DNA of 56,601 nt. Source: an uncultured Lentisphaerales bacterium. Lineage in GTDB: Bacteria; Verrucomicrobiota; Lentisphaeria; JABSQK01; UBA12247. Position 1 is the first letter of the stretch; each line of letters opens with the position of its first letter. The translations under genes and the position numbers were made by a program. The notes beneath the pieces were generated by a model that did not search any database, was not told the DNA's origin, and saw nothing but the letters and a program-made list of their open reading frames with translations. The stretch spans positions 1 through 56,601 of the forward strand of contig CALSSJ010000028.1 of assembly GCA_943788985.1 (NCBI GenBank), given 5' to 3'. Shown in pieces: positions 20,024 to 29,787 of the stretch.

Positions 20024-21922
20024 TCAGTCTGGCAGGGCAGTGCCTGCATCACGTGCAGCTTGGAGCGCGGACTCCCTGGCTGCGTCAAACCACCACCAGT
20101 TGAGCACGTTGTCTTCAAAATAGGCCTTGGCTGCGTAACGGTCGACATGGCCAAATCGATTCCAGTAGACGCCGCGATCGTAGTCGATGTACCAATGCGG
20201 GATGATGTAGTGCCCCGCGCAGAGGATGCGGTCGAGGACTTGCACGTTGATCACGAGTTCCTCGCGGGAGGGCGAGGCAATTAGCGCTTCTACGACTTCG
20301 TCGACGGCGGGATTCTTGAGCCCGATGCTGTTGCTGCTGCCCGAAGTGTCGGCAGCTCTGGTCGTCCACTTGTCGCGTTGCTCGTTGCCGGGAGACTCGC
20401 TCTGGCCGAAGCCGTCGACGATCATGTCGAAGTCGAATTCCTTGTAGCGCTTGCTGAATTCAGCAGGCTGCACCAGTTGGTAATCTATCTTGGCACCGAT
20501 AGTGCGGAGATTCTCGATGAAGGGATTGACCAACCGCACCCAGCCCTTGTTTGAGAGGAGAATGGAGAACTTGAGTTCGACGCCATCCTTTACGCGACAT
20601 TCTGCCTCCTCATGATAGAGCCAGCCTTTGGCCTCAAGTAACTTATTGGCACTGGCCAGGCGGTCTTCGATGGAGGCGACGGGCTGACCGGGGATCTCGC
20701 CGACATTGAATGGGCCGCGGGTGATGGCGTCTCTGTAGACGTGGATGGTGCGGGTCTTGGCGTCGTTGTGTTTCTTGCGCAGTGCGATGAGCCGCTCGCG
20801 GACTTTGCCTGCGGCAGGCCCCCGGCTGCGCATCTCCGCGTGATTGTCGAAGAAGCAGACCTGGCGTTTGTACTGGCCATAGAACAGGTTTTTGTTCATA
20901 TACTCGAAGTCCATGGCAGCGGCGAGAGCCATGCGAACGTCGCGGGATTGGAATTGCGCTCTCCGCAGGTTCATGACGAAGCACTGCATGCCAGAGACGC
21001 GATTGTGGCTGAAGGTGGCTTTGCGGATGTAGTTTTTCTGGATCGAATCGCCGTCGAAGGATAAGGCCCAGTCTTTCGAGCTGCTGACCATCTTGATGTC
21101 GACAAGGCCGCCGGTGAGGGCCTGCAGTTCGGCGTTCGGGTCGAGGTAGAGCAGGACGCGGACGGTGTCGAAGTTATAGCGACCGCGATTTACCGGGATC
21201 TGAGTACCCCAGTAATTTGGGTTGCGCTTGTAGGTAATGAACTTGGCCGTATCGAAGTTGTCGACGACGTATGGGCCGCTGCCGATCGCGATCTCGTCGA
21301 AGTCGCGACCAAAGACCTTCCCGTCCGCTCCGTAGATGTGCTTGGGAAGAATGGAAAGCTGTCCGAGAATTAGCGGAAGTTCTTGATTGTAGGTGGAGAA
21401 GGTGAATATGACGGTGTGGTCATCGATTTTCTCCGCGCTCTTGACGTCCGCATAATAGCTTTTCATGGTCGGCGTGTACTGCGGATCTTGAATGAGATTG
21501 AAGGAGAAGACGACGTCGTCGGCGGTCAACGGGTGGCCATCAGAGAATACGGCTGCAGGATTAAGCTGATAAGTGACTGATAGGCGATCCTCGGCCAGCG
21601 TCACGCGCTGGGCAATGAGGCCGTACTGCGAGAATGCCTCGTCTGAGTCATCGCTGCCATCCATCAGCGTTTCGAATACCAGCGACAGCAGTGGGGCAGG
21701 GCGGCCCTTCAGGGAGAAGGGATTGAGCTTGGTGAAGGCACCGAGTGTGGACATGCGCAGCGTGCCGCCCTTCGGTGCGTCGGGATTCGCATGCGCGTAA
21801 TGCTGGTCGAGACCGTACTTGAGGTCCTCCGGCCCGTAGATGGCCAGGCCATGCGAGCTGACCGGCGGCGCGGCGAATAGGGGAAGGACTAGGAGGACGG
21901 AAGCTAGAAGTATCGTGCGCAT
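20024..21922 (-). CDS. ABC transporter peptide-binding protein, family 5 (YejA-like)
   Basis: 632 aa; signal peptide, SHGLAIYG, ANPDAPKGGTL, FTKLNPFSLKG, IGSGPY, NRGRYNFD, QSESPGNEQR, LDRIL. Confidence 0.88.
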   Translation of the reverse strand: MRTILLASVLLVLPLFAAPPVSSHGLAIYGPEDLKYGLDQHYAHANPDAPKGGTLRMSTLGAFTKLNPFSLKGRPAPLLSLVFETLMDGSDDSDEAFSQYGLIAQRVTLAEDRLSVTYQLNPAAVFSDGHPLTADDVVFSFNLIQDPQYTPTMKSYYADVKSAEKIDDHTVIFTFSTYNQELPLILGQLSILPKHIYGADGKVFGRDFDEIAIGSGPYVVDNFDTAKFITYKRNPNYWGTQIPVNRGRYNFDTVRVLLYLDPNAELQALTGGLVDIKMVSSSKDWALSFDGDSIQKNYIRKATFSHNRVSGMQCFVMNLRRAQFQSRDVRMALAAAMDFEYMNKNLFYGQYKRQVCFFDNHAEMRSRGPAAGKVRERLIALRKKHNDAKTRTIHVYRDAITRGPFNVGEIPGQPVASIEDRLASANKLLEAKGWLYHEEAECRVKDGVELKFSILLSNKGWVRLVNPFIENLRTIGAKIDYQLVQPAEFSKRYKEFDFDMIVDGFGQSESPGNEQRDKWTTRAADTSGSSNSIGLKNPAVDEVVEALIASPSREELVINVQVLDRILCAGHYIIPHWYIDYDRGVYWNRFGHVDRYAAKAYFEDNVLNWWWFDAARESALQAARDAGTALPD

Positions 21923-21999
21923 GAGAAGCCTTGGAGTGAGTTTTGAAAGTAGGAGGCGATCGCTTGCTGGATGTTCCGGATACCATTCGGCATCCCTTG

Positions 22000-24900
22000 C
22001 TACTGGTTCGCGGCGAGCACGCGTTCTAGGGCGGGGTCTGGCTCTGCGCCGAGGCGGCGGGCGGCTTGGTACCAGAAACGGGCTTTATCGAAGCGCGGCT
22101 TCTCCAGCGTGGTGTAGAGCACGGCGAGGTTGAAGGCGGTGTCGGAACTGTTGCCGTCGAGTTCGAACGAACGCTCGAGCGAGACGGCGGCAGTTTGGGA
22201 CCAACCGAGCTGGCGGCAGGCGACGCCGAGGGCGCGATGAGTGTCTGGATTGTCTGGAAACAGGGCGGCGGCGCGAGAGAGCATAGAGACTGCCATTTGG
22301 GACTTGCCCAACTTGGCCAGGGCATAGCCGAGCGGCAGGAGTGTTTCCTCCGCATCTGGGTTAAGGTAGTAGGCGCGAGATAGATAAGCCTGACCGTTTT
22401 CGAGGTCGCCAAACTCAACCAACAGGTGCCCCAAACGGCGCAGCGCCTGCAGATTGTCCGGGGCTTCTTCAAGGATGCTCTGGTAGTGCCACTTCGCTGC
22501 TTCGGTCTTGCCCTGTGCTTCGGCGGCGGCTGCCTGATTAAGCTGCGCCTGGACGTGGGCTGCGCGGTCGAGGTCGGCTGCGGATTCGGTCGCTTTTGGT
22601 GCCGTGGCGGTGACGACGGAGGCTTGGGCGCTGAGGTCCTCATTGCGCGAGCGCTCGGCGTCTAACTCACTGAGCAGCTTGGCGATCTGCTTCTGTAGGA
22701 GAGTCTGGCGGTAGTCCGACTTACTCTCGGTTTTTGTGAGCTCCCCGCGAAGCTCCGCCAACTCGCGCGCGAGGCTGTCGGCTGCTTCGCCACGGTTCAG
22801 TGTGGCGGCTTGGGCCGTTTGCAACTCACTCTGCGCCTGGGCTAGGTTTCGCTTCAGCGTGCTCACTAGCTGACGGTAGCCGGGCAAGTCGGCGGGCTCA
22901 TCGCTGGCAGCCGCGGCGGAGGCCACCCCTGCCCGGGGACCGGACTGTTTCGCCAGCTGGGCGCTGATGGCGCGGGTCAGGGCAACCTGCGTTTCGTACT
23001 TCTGGCGAAGTGCGGCATTCTCTCCTGTCAGCGTCTTGAGCCGGTCCCGATTTGCAAAGAGATCGGACTCCTCCTTGTGAAGCTCGGCTACGCGAGCCGC
23101 GAAGCGCCTCTCCAGCTGGTCGCTTATAGAACGCAGCTCGGCATTTGCGCGTTGCAGCTGGTCGATGTCTTGGTTGCGCTGGTTCAGCTCGGCGCGCAGT
23201 TGTGTGGTCTCTACGGCATCCTTGCGCAGGCCAGCCATCTGGCTGGTGACAGCGCTGTGCTGAGTGCTGAGCTTCTGTTTCAACTCGAGCTGAAGGCGCT
23301 CCTGTTCCGCCAGATCTGCCAGAAGCCCATCGATCGTGGATTGGTGGGCAAGCTCCCGGTCGCGCGCTGCCTGATACGCCTGTCGCAGAGACTGGAGCTC
23401 GTCGCGTTCCGGCGCAGTAGGCGTAATTCCGGATAGCGCTTGCGCGGCATTTTTCCCCAGCTCGCCGCGGAGACGAACGTTCTGTGCGGTCGTCTGCGCG
23501 AGGCGCTGACGAAGTGTCTCGGCGGACTTCGCTGCTGCTACTAAGTCGGCCTCGCGACCACGCAGGAGCTTCTGCAGCTCCCTGACCCTGACGTCACGTT
23601 CGGTGATTTGGGCGCGGGCTACGGCCAATGCTTTGCTTTGCTCGCCCTGCACGCGCTCCACCACTGCGCTGACGTTCTGCCGGGCGTGGACGTTTAGTGT
23701 TTCCTGCCGCTGGCTGAGAGCATCCATCGCTTCGGTGAGCTGCGTAAGTTCAGCGCGGAGGGCTGGCAGGCGCTTGGCCTTCTCGGCGGGACTCAGGGCA
23801 CCAATGTCCGCCATAAGATCGGCGATCTGGGCCCGCAGTTCGGCTGCTTGACGATCGAGCTCTGCCTGCTGAGTGCGCAGTTCAATGGCGGCTGGAGGAA
23901 GAGGCACCACGCTGCCGTCGATGCTGATCTCTTCGCCGGGACGGGAGGCGGCGACGGATGTCTCAAGCTGGGCGATCGCCTTTTCTAACCGACCGATCTC
24001 GATCATGACCCGGCTTTTTGCGAACTCCGCCGCTTTGCGTAGCTGAGTTTCGCGCTGCAGGTCTGCGTAGAGATCTTGGAGTTTGAGTCGCAACACTGCC
24101 GCTTCCGGCGAGGTCTCTTTGGGATCGCGCAAGGCGGTCAGATGCTCACCCATCTCTTGGACCTCCTTCAGCCGGGCAGCGAGGTCCGCAGCAAGGCGAA
24201 GGTTAGTGGCGTTGAGCAGGGCAATCTCACGGTCGCGGCCCTTCAGGGTCAGGGCCATGGCTTGGATCTTCTGGGTCTGGTCGCGGACGCCAGCGGCGGT
24301 GGCCAGTTGCTCTTCCATGCGGGCACCGGACTCGTCGACAATGGCTTGGAGGACGTCTACGTGGCGCTGCAGGGTGGTGATGCGCTGTTGGTCTACTTTT
24401 ACGGTGGACTCGGCCCGTCGCCGGGCGGCTTGGGTGTCGTCTAACTTGAGCTGCATCTGCTCGATCAACTCCGTGGCACCGACAGTTGTCTCGGTGCGGC
24501 GCGTCATGGCTTCCTTGGCTGCCTCGAGGTCGATGGAAAGGTGGCGGTTCTTGCGACTAAGATCGGCGAGCTGCGCTTGGGACTTGGCGCTCTCGGTCTT
24601 GTGCTTCTCCCTGGCAATGGTGAGTTGTTCGCGGGCGCTGCTGAGTTCCAGCCGTAAGCTGTCGAGGCCTTGCTTATCGGTCTGTTGATCGCTCTGTACC
24701 GCTAACTCGGAAGCGCGAGATTTTAGTTCGGTATTCCGTTCGCGCAGCCGGTCATTTTCTGCGGCTAGCTCGGTGTAGCGTTGGGCTTCCTGGGCCGTGC
24801 GGGCAGACTCTCGCCGGGCTTGATCGAGTGATTTACTGAGGCGAGTGACCTCCTTTTTCATGGCGCGAATGGTCTGCGCCGACGCGGTCAACTCGCGGTT

Positions 24901-25242
24901 GCGTTTTGCCAAGAGCTCAGCCGTCGAGGAATCGGCTGGCCGCGGGGCTCGTTTCTGCGCCTTCAGGGCTTCGATCTGCTCCGCACAGAAGCGAAGCCGA
25001 TACTCGATCATCGCCTCGTTCCACTTTGGGTGGCGGGTCTGGACCTCATCGAATGCGCCTTGCGCTTTGCGAAGCAAGGCGAGTGCCTGATCGCCGTCTC
25101 CTTGATCACGGGCCAGAAGTGCGCTCTGCATAAACTCGTAGCCAGCAGACCACTGCTCGCGGGCCTCGCTATGACTGGATACAGGCTCTGCAAAACTCAC
25201 AAATGCGAAGAGAAAAATGATGAGTGGGACGGGATTCCGCAT
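22000..25242 (-). CDS. Large secreted coiled-coil protein with C-terminal TPRs
   Basis: 1080 aa; signal peptide, HPKWNEAMIEYRL N-domain, long A/E/L/Q/R-rich heptad region, TPRs ending in ARRLGAEPDPALE. Confidence 0.75.
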   Translation of the reverse strand: MRNPVPLIIFLFAFVSFAEPVSSHSEAREQWSAGYEFMQSALLARDQGDGDQALALLRKAQGAFDEVQTRHPKWNEAMIEYRLRFCAEQIEALKAQKRAPRPADSSTAELLAKRNRELTASAQTIRAMKKEVTRLSKSLDQARRESARTAQEAQRYTELAAENDRLRERNTELKSRASELAVQSDQQTDKQGLDSLRLELSSAREQLTIAREKHKTESAKSQAQLADLSRKNRHLSIDLEAAKEAMTRRTETTVGATELIEQMQLKLDDTQAARRRAESTVKVDQQRITTLQRHVDVLQAIVDESGARMEEQLATAAGVRDQTQKIQAMALTLKGRDREIALLNATNLRLAADLAARLKEVQEMGEHLTALRDPKETSPEAAVLRLKLQDLYADLQRETQLRKAAEFAKSRVMIEIGRLEKAIAQLETSVAASRPGEEISIDGSVVPLPPAAIELRTQQAELDRQAAELRAQIADLMADIGALSPAEKAKRLPALRAELTQLTEAMDALSQRQETLNVHARQNVSAVVERVQGEQSKALAVARAQITERDVRVRELQKLLRGREADLVAAAKSAETLRQRLAQTTAQNVRLRGELGKNAAQALSGITPTAPERDELQSLRQAYQAARDRELAHQSTIDGLLADLAEQERLQLELKQKLSTQHSAVTSQMAGLRKDAVETTQLRAELNQRNQDIDQLQRANAELRSISDQLERRFAARVAELHKEESDLFANRDRLKTLTGENAALRQKYETQVALTRAISAQLAKQSGPRAGVASAAAASDEPADLPGYRQLVSTLKRNLAQAQSELQTAQAATLNRGEAADSLARELAELRGELTKTESKSDYRQTLLQKQIAKLLSELDAERSRNEDLSAQASVVTATAPKATESAADLDRAAHVQAQLNQAAAAEAQGKTEAAKWHYQSILEEAPDNLQALRRLGHLLVEFGDLENGQAYLSRAYYLNPDAEETLLPLGYALAKLGKSQMAVSMLSRAAALFPDNPDTHRALGVACRQLGWSQTAAVSLERSFELDGNSSDTAFNLAVLYTTLEKPRFDKARFWYQAARRLGAEPDPALERVLAANQ

Positions 25243-25365
25243 TTACCACGCGAGGGATTAGGTTCTTGATTTGGTGCGCAGCCCGGCTTGCGCGTGGGGA
25301 GGCAGTGGGTAACTATACGCGTCTTTTGTTGGGTAGCGAAAGGAGTTCCTGTTTCACGCAGGCGT

Positions 25366-26031
25366 ATGATTTCGGAACCGTACTCTTATAGCAGTTGGCA
25401 TACCGCGGATGTCGAGAATGACGAGCGGATCCTCAATGAGCTGCGCGATGGCAATGCGGAGGCCGCTGACCGCCTGTTGGTGGTTTTTGGCGACCGGGTG
25501 TACGGCTTGTGCCTGCGCATCCTAGGCTCGCAGCAAGATGCTGAGGAGGCAGTGCAGGAGACCTTCCTGACGGTGTGGACTAAGTGGCAAACTTTTCAAG
25601 GAAAGTCCAAGTTCTCGAGCTGGATTTATCGGATTGCGGCGAATCACGCGTACATGAAGCTGCGCAAGCGGCGCAAGCATCAAGGGAACGTCTCGCTGGA
25701 TGTGGACCTGACTGGATCGGACACTTGGATCGGGCGTAACATCTCGGTCGCATGGGCTAACGATGCTGCTTCGCCAAGCCATGAGGTGGAACTCAAGGAG
25801 AAACGGGCGTTATTAGAGCGTGCGATTCAGGAACTTAAGCCTGGTTATCGTACCGCGTACATTTTACGGGACATCGAAGGCATGTGCTTAGAGGAAATTG
25901 CTGAGATCATGAACCTGAGCGAACCAGCTGTGAAGTCCCGGGTTCACCGGGCTCGCCTGAAATTACGCAAGATCCTCGCCCCGCTGCTGTATGGGACGAC
26001 GGTCAAGCACCTAGGAGACATCAATGGTTGA
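25366..26031 (+). CDS. ECF (sigma-70 group 4) RNA polymerase sigma factor
   Basis: DAEEAVQETFL, FQGKSKFSSWIYRIAAN, LRDIEG..LEEIAEIM..SEPAVKSRVHRAR; start uncertain (ATG 25366 chosen). Confidence 0.93.
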   Translation: MISEPYSYSSWHTADVENDERILNELRDGNAEAADRLLVVFGDRVYGLCLRILGSQQDAEEAVQETFLTVWTKWQTFQGKSKFSSWIYRIAANHAYMKLRKRRKHQGNVSLDVDLTGSDTWIGRNISVAWANDAASPSHEVELKEKRALLERAIQELKPGYRTAYILRDIEGMCLEEIAEIMNLSEPAVKSRVHRARLKLRKILAPLLYGTTVKHLGDING

Positions 26032-26284
26032 TCCTCGTCATTATGGCTGCCGTGAGGTACGGCAGTTCCTCTACGACTACACGGAGCGTGGACTCGGCGC
26101 ACGTGTGCTGCTGGCCATGGATAACCATCTGATGGATTGCCAGACTTGCAGGGACTTGGCCGCCAGCTACGAGCGGACCACGCAAGCTGCCAAGTTACAC
26201 ATTCGTGAAGCGCAGCCGCGCATGCCGGATTCACTGCGGAACCAACTGGCGCGGCGCTTGAATAACATCGGGCAGTCGGTCTAA
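26024..26284 (+). CDS. Soluble zinc-binding (zf-HC2/ZAS) anti-sigma factor
   Basis: 86 aa; CREV...HLMDCQTC (HxxxCxxC); overlaps the sigma stop; no TM segment. Confidence 0.85.
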   Translation: MVDPRHYGCREVRQFLYDYTERGLGARVLLAMDNHLMDCQTCRDLAASYERTTQAAKLHIREAQPRMPDSLRNQLARRLNNIGQSV

Positions 26285-26296
26285 AGGATTCTTGCA

Positions 26297-27181
26297 ATGG
26301 GTGTATCTGACCGTGAGTATATGCGGAATGAAGTCGGTGGTGGCGGGCAGGGAGGCGGTAGAATGACCGTTCGTCCGGCGACGCCGCTGATTAAGAATCT
26401 GGTCATTGCGAACATCGCAATTCTGCTCTTGGACTACCTGACTGAGTCCCAGACGCGCAGGCCTATCGCAGACCTGTTCGCCTTCAGCCCGGAGCACCCG
26501 TGGGAGATCTGGAGAGCCTTCACCTATATGTTCTTTCACGGGAACCTGATGCACGCGGCGTTTAACATGATGGCGCTGTGGTTTTTCGGGGTGGACGTGC
26601 AACGTAGGCTCGGCGTGAAGAAGTTCATCATCCTCTACGTGGGAAGTGGCCTGTTTGGGCTAGGTGGCTGGCTGGCGTTTAACTGGCAGAGCTCTCATGG
26701 CCTGGTGGGAGCTAGCGGCGCGGTATTTGGCGTTCTGGCGGCGGCTGCGGTCCTGACCCCCACGAAAAAGATGTACATCTTCGGCGTATATCCGATGACC
26801 ATGCGCATGTCCGCGCTGCTTTTTCTTGGGATCGAGGTCTTTCGCCTAGTGATCATCGAAGGAATTGCCCAACGTAGCAACCAGGTGGCTGAATTAGCTC
26901 ATATAGGCGGCGCAATTGGTGGGTTTGGACTGGCATGGTTGCTGGGACGCTCATCACAGCTTAAGGTACACCGGACTACGAGGGCTGGGCGCGCGGCATC
27001 AACCGCGCGCGCACCCCAACCGCAAGGTTGGCCTCGTGCCGATCCGCCCATGGAAAAAGAGGACGTTGATGCAGCTATCGATCCAATCCTGGATAAAATC
27101 AGCAATCATGGCGAAAAGAGCCTTTCTGCAAGCGAGCGCGCGATTCTCGAGCGCCACAGTCGTCGCATGGCCGGGAAGTAG
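26297..27181 (+). CDS. Rhomboid intramembrane serine protease
   Basis: WRAFTYMFFH, HAAFNM, GASG (catalytic Ser), AHIGG (catalytic His), C-terminal IDPILDKISNHGEKSLS tail. Confidence 0.92.
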   Translation: MGVSDREYMRNEVGGGGQGGGRMTVRPATPLIKNLVIANIAILLLDYLTESQTRRPIADLFAFSPEHPWEIWRAFTYMFFHGNLMHAAFNMMALWFFGVDVQRRLGVKKFIILYVGSGLFGLGGWLAFNWQSSHGLVGASGAVFGVLAAAAVLTPTKKMYIFGVYPMTMRMSALLFLGIEVFRLVIIEGIAQRSNQVAELAHIGGAIGGFGLAWLLGRSSQLKVHRTTRAGRAASTARAPQPQGWPRADPPMEKEDVDAAIDPILDKISNHGEKSLSASERAILERHSRRMAGK

Positions 27182-27194
27182 GTGTGGTCGTTTG

Positions 27195-28612
27195 ATGCGC
27201 GGGATATGTCTAATGACGCTGCTGGCGATCGTCAGTCCGTCGGTGGTGGCCCAGGATACGGCTCGTGGGGCGGCGATCGAGCGCCTGGAACGGCTAGCGA
27301 AGAAGGGCAATGCCCGGGCACAATCGCAGCTGGGATCCATCTACTACGGCGGAAAAAACGGCGTACAGAAAGACTACTCACTGGCCGTCTATTGGTTTAC
27401 GAAGGCCGCCGAACAGGGGTATCTGAACGCAGTATTCAACCTAGCCCTGTGCCATGAGCGTGGACGGGGGGGTGCCGAAGAACACGGCAGAAGCATTGCG
27501 CCTCTATCGCAGAGCTGCCGATGAAGGGCTACTTCAGGCACAAATTAACGCAGCAGTGATTCTGCTGGAAATGGACGACGATGCGGCGGCGAACAAGTAT
27601 CTGCATTTGGGCGCTGCCAAAGGAAATTTCTACTGCCAGCGCGAGTACGCACGGAATTTGTTGCAGGGGCGCGGAACGGAAAAAGATTTTGATCGGGCAA
27701 TTGCGCTGCTGGATGCGGCAGCCGATGGCGGAGATGCGGAAGCAAAGCTGCTGTTGGCCGATTGCTACAGCGGCATGTATCCGTCGATTCCGCGAGACAC
27801 GCAGCAGATGGTTGACTACTTGTGGAGTGCTGCCTCGGACGGCGTCCCAGAAGCGCAATCCAAGATGGGCTACTGCTACGAGAAGGGCATCGGCGTGGCA
27901 GCTGATCAGGAAACCGCCTTTAAATGGTACGGGCAGGCTGCGGAGAAAAACTACCCACAGGCAATGGTCAACCTTGGTCATTGCTATCAGGCTGGGGTGG
28001 GGACCGCGAAGGATGAGAAGAAGGCCTATGAATGGTACAAGAAAGCCGCAGAGATGGACTTTGCTGTAGGCCTGTTCAACTTGGGGATCTTTTATATGAC
28101 TGGTGGCCCCGTGGCCCGAAATGAGCGCATTGCCTTCAGTTACTTCGAACGGGGCCGCGAAGCTGGGGTTTGTACAGGCCCAGTATAACCTTGCGGTGGC
28201 CTACGAGGAGGGTAAGGGGGCTGACATCAACCGCCCGATGGCCTTTTTCTGGTATAAACAGGCAGCGCGGCAGGAATATCCTGCAGCGATTACTGGACTG
28301 GGCTACTGCTACTACCGGGGGTTCGGCATAAAACAAGATCACGATCGCGCCAAGGAGCTTTTTATTCAGGCGAAGGATCTTAACAACGATGAGGCCAGAT
28401 TCGCGTTGCGCAGTCTCAAGTGGGGGCCGCTAGACGCAGAAGACCGCGCCGTGCTTCCGCCAGTTACACGTCGGGCTCGCGCGGAAGACCTGCCCGCCTT
28501 ACCCTTTAAGTCACCATCCCGCGGGCCGATCGCGACCAAGGATACTGTGAAGCCGAAGCCGCAGGTGATTCAGGGTGCTGGTGGGTTCTTGCAGCCTGTC
28601 CGCGCGGATTGA
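27195..28612 (+). CDS. Secreted Sel1-repeat protein (two frameshifts)
   Basis: Removing one G at 27466-27472 and one at about 28151 gives 471 aa: signal peptide plus about 9 SLRs (AQSQLG, WFTKAAEQG, AMVNLG, AQYNLA). Confidence 0.85.
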
Positions 28613-29751
28613 TCGTGCGCACAAGGCTGACTATTTCTCTGGTGCTGCTGGTCGCGACTGCAAGTGCTCAATTAGGCGAGATTACAGATCTTTCACCGTT
28701 GCATGAGGCCGCCGCAGCGGGCATAGACGGCAAGGTCAGCGAGTATATTCTGGATGACCCGGGGCAGATTCATGACCGGGACGGAGTCGCCCGCGCGACA
28801 CCTTTGCACCTCGCGGTTGAGAACGGACATCTCTTGGTCACGCAGATTCTGTTGGCCAACGGTGCGCTGCCGAATGTGGTCGATCATTGGGGGTGGACGC
28901 CACTGCTGCATGCCGTTAAGCTCGACGAAATTGAGATTGCCGAAGCCCTGTTGGACAGACAGGCGGACCCTGGGGCCCGAGACCGCGCTGGTTGGACTCC
29001 GATTCACTGGGCCAAGAGTCCGAAAATGGCGGAGTTGCTACGCAGTCGCGGTGCCAAGCCCTTTGTGCGCAATCACGATTTTGAGACACCGCTACACGTG
29101 GTGTGCAGTGTGCCCATGGCCAAATACTTTCGCAAGCACGGCATTCCAATCGACGATCAGGCGACAAGCGGGAAACAGCCGATCCATCTGGTGACGAGGC
29201 CGGATGTAGCGCAATTTCTGTTGCGTGAAGGGGCGGACATCAACGCCCGTGATCGCAATGGCAATACGCCATTGCACGACTCCACGCGGCGCGGGCTGAT
29301 GGATCTCATGATCATGCAAGTGAGAGCCGGTGCAGAAGTCATGGCGGTGAATATGACTGGCGAAACCCCGCTGCATTTCTGCCGCGTGGATGTAAACGCA
29401 GCCAAGTACCTAGTGGCGAAGGGGGCTGTCGTGAGTGCGGCGAGCAAGACTGGCCGCCAACCCTTGCACGATGCCAACGCCCCAATTGCCCGGTACCTCA
29501 TTTCTGAAGGCGCGGATGTGAATGCCCAAGACCACACTGGGCAGGCACCGTTACATCGTGCAGCGCGCTTTGCTCGGGAAGCCGTCATACATTTGCTGCT
29601 GCAGAATGGGGCAGAGCTGGCCATCACCGATCGCATGGGGAGAACTGCGCTGGACGAGGCGATCCGAGTGAACGAAGAGCCCACAGCACGCCAGCTGCGC
29701 TCGTATGGGGCGGTCCGGGGAAAGGACCTCGCCACTCTGAACGGTCGCTAG
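28609..29751 (+). CDS. Secreted ankyrin-repeat protein
   Basis: 380 aa; signal peptide and repeated TPLH/GADINA motifs. Confidence 0.9.
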   Translation: MIVRTRLTISLVLLVATASAQLGEITDLSPLHEAAAAGIDGKVSEYILDDPGQIHDRDGVARATPLHLAVENGHLLVTQILLANGALPNVVDHWGWTPLLHAVKLDEIEIAEALLDRQADPGARDRAGWTPIHWAKSPKMAELLRSRGAKPFVRNHDFETPLHVVCSVPMAKYFRKHGIPIDDQATSGKQPIHLVTRPDVAQFLLREGADINARDRNGNTPLHDSTRRGLMDLMIMQVRAGAEVMAVNMTGETPLHFCRVDVNAAKYLVAKGAVVSAASKTGRQPLHDANAPIARYLISEGADVNAQDHTGQAPLHRAARFAREAVIHLLLQNGAELAITDRMGRTALDEAIRVNEEPTARQLRSYGAVRGKDLATLNGR

Positions 29752-29787
29752 CACGCTAGCACGCCGTCAGCTCCGGCAGAAATTCTA

